A DNA stretch of 63,876 nucleotides, filler included, from Candidatus Tectimicrobiota bacterium (GTDB lineage Bacteria; JACPSX01): assembly GCA_016193065.1 (NCBI GenBank). It is 10 parts of 10 records of this genome, joined end to end, with 100 filler letters (N's around TTAATTAATTAA, not from the genome) between each part and the next. Parts side by side here need not be neighbours in the genome. Positions count along the whole stretch, not along the records: positions 60,503 to 63,876 come from JACPSX010000210.1; 9 more parts are not named here. One strand, written 5' to 3'. Made by a program: the position numbers and the translations under genes. This document shows positions 63,327-63,876 of the stretch, one piece after another. The notes beneath the pieces are model-generated. The model was not told the DNA's origin, ran no database searches, and saw only the letters and a program-made list of their open reading frames with translations. Each line of letters begins with the position of its first letter. Position 1 is the stretch's first letter.

Positions 63327-63876
63327 GTGAATTGTAAAGAGGTTCAGGAGCGCATTGAAGAGCTGGCGCATGGGTTCGTGCCTGCCCCCGAAGAGCACGC
63401 TCTCAAAGTGCACCTTCTGAGCTGTGGGTCCTGTGGGCAGCGCTACCAGTGGGTGGAAAAGATGGCTCTGGAGATTGCCGGCAAGGCCACGCGTCACCCT
63501 CTTCCGGATGAGCTTCGCCGGGCTATCGAGAAGGACCTCTCGCGTGGGGCGGCAATAAAGTCTTGGCTGCGCCCGACCCTTTGGGTGCCGGCCGCCGCTC
63601 TGGCCGTTGCCGTTCTGGCCCTGGCCGTGCTGTTCGGGAGGCCTGAGCGGGAGTCCCTACCGGTTGCCCGGGTGATTCAAGCTGTCGTTGGAGATTATCA
63701 GAGACAATGGTTTGATTTTCGGCGAGGCGATCCTGAGCTGGCGCGGGCGGATCTTCAGCGCTGGCTCGAGAAGGCCATCGACCTGGAAGAAGAACTTCCT
63801 TTCAAGGGGAATGATGAATTCCTCCTGCTGGGGGCCCGTGTGGTAGAAATTTCAGGCCGGCAGGCGGCTCTCCTGA
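63327..63876 (+). CDS. Zinc-binding (zf-HC2) transmembrane anti-sigma factor, runs off the window
   Basis: MNC...HLLSCGSC (HxxxCxxC) followed by a TM helix; directly after the ECF sigma. Confidence 0.85.
   Translation, partial: MNCKEVQERIEELAHGFVPAPEEHALKVHLLSCGSCGQRYQWVEKMALEIAGKATRHPLPDELRRAIEKDLSRGAAIKSWLRPTLWVPAAALAVAVLALAVLFGRPERESLPVARVIQAVVGDYQRQWFDFRRGDPELARADLQRWLEKAIDLEEELPFKGNDEFLLLGARVVEISGRQAALL

Overview
GC-rich bacterial DNA, probably a metagenome-assembled genome. It is ten separate contig pieces joined by nine artificial 100-nt N-TTAATTAATTAA-N linkers, plus one 22-N scaffold gap, so adjacency across linkers is meaningless. Content is mostly housekeeping and envelope genes: glnK-amtB with a sigma54 promoter, tolQRAB-pal, leuA, rsmD, lgt-degP-M16 pair, hemB, mutS, comEC, PMM/PGM-manC, folP-glmM-nnr-tsaE, an AttEFGH-like ABC system, and an ECF sigma with anti-sigma. 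Accessory catabolic genes include a cupin pair with TctC, TPP-dependent E1 subunits and an amidohydrolase. The best signals missed by the ORF track are: (1) a 79-aa Rdx (SelW/SelT/SelH-type) selenoprotein with a CxxU motif and a SECIS-like hairpin at 40312-40551 (-); (2) a dense system of small non-coding repeats nested inside one another, including a 26-27 bp hairpin shown by filled/empty site comparison to insert without target duplication, and TIR-bounded MITEs inserted into REPs; (3) at least seven genes with internal deletions or frameshifts, most likely assembly artefacts; (4) a tRNA nucleotidyltransferase lacking the flexible loop (CC-adding type); (5) three sigma28-like promoters on one contig; (6) an HsdM C-terminus. 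No rRNA, tRNA or CRISPR array was seen. All family calls are from motif recognition, not database searches.
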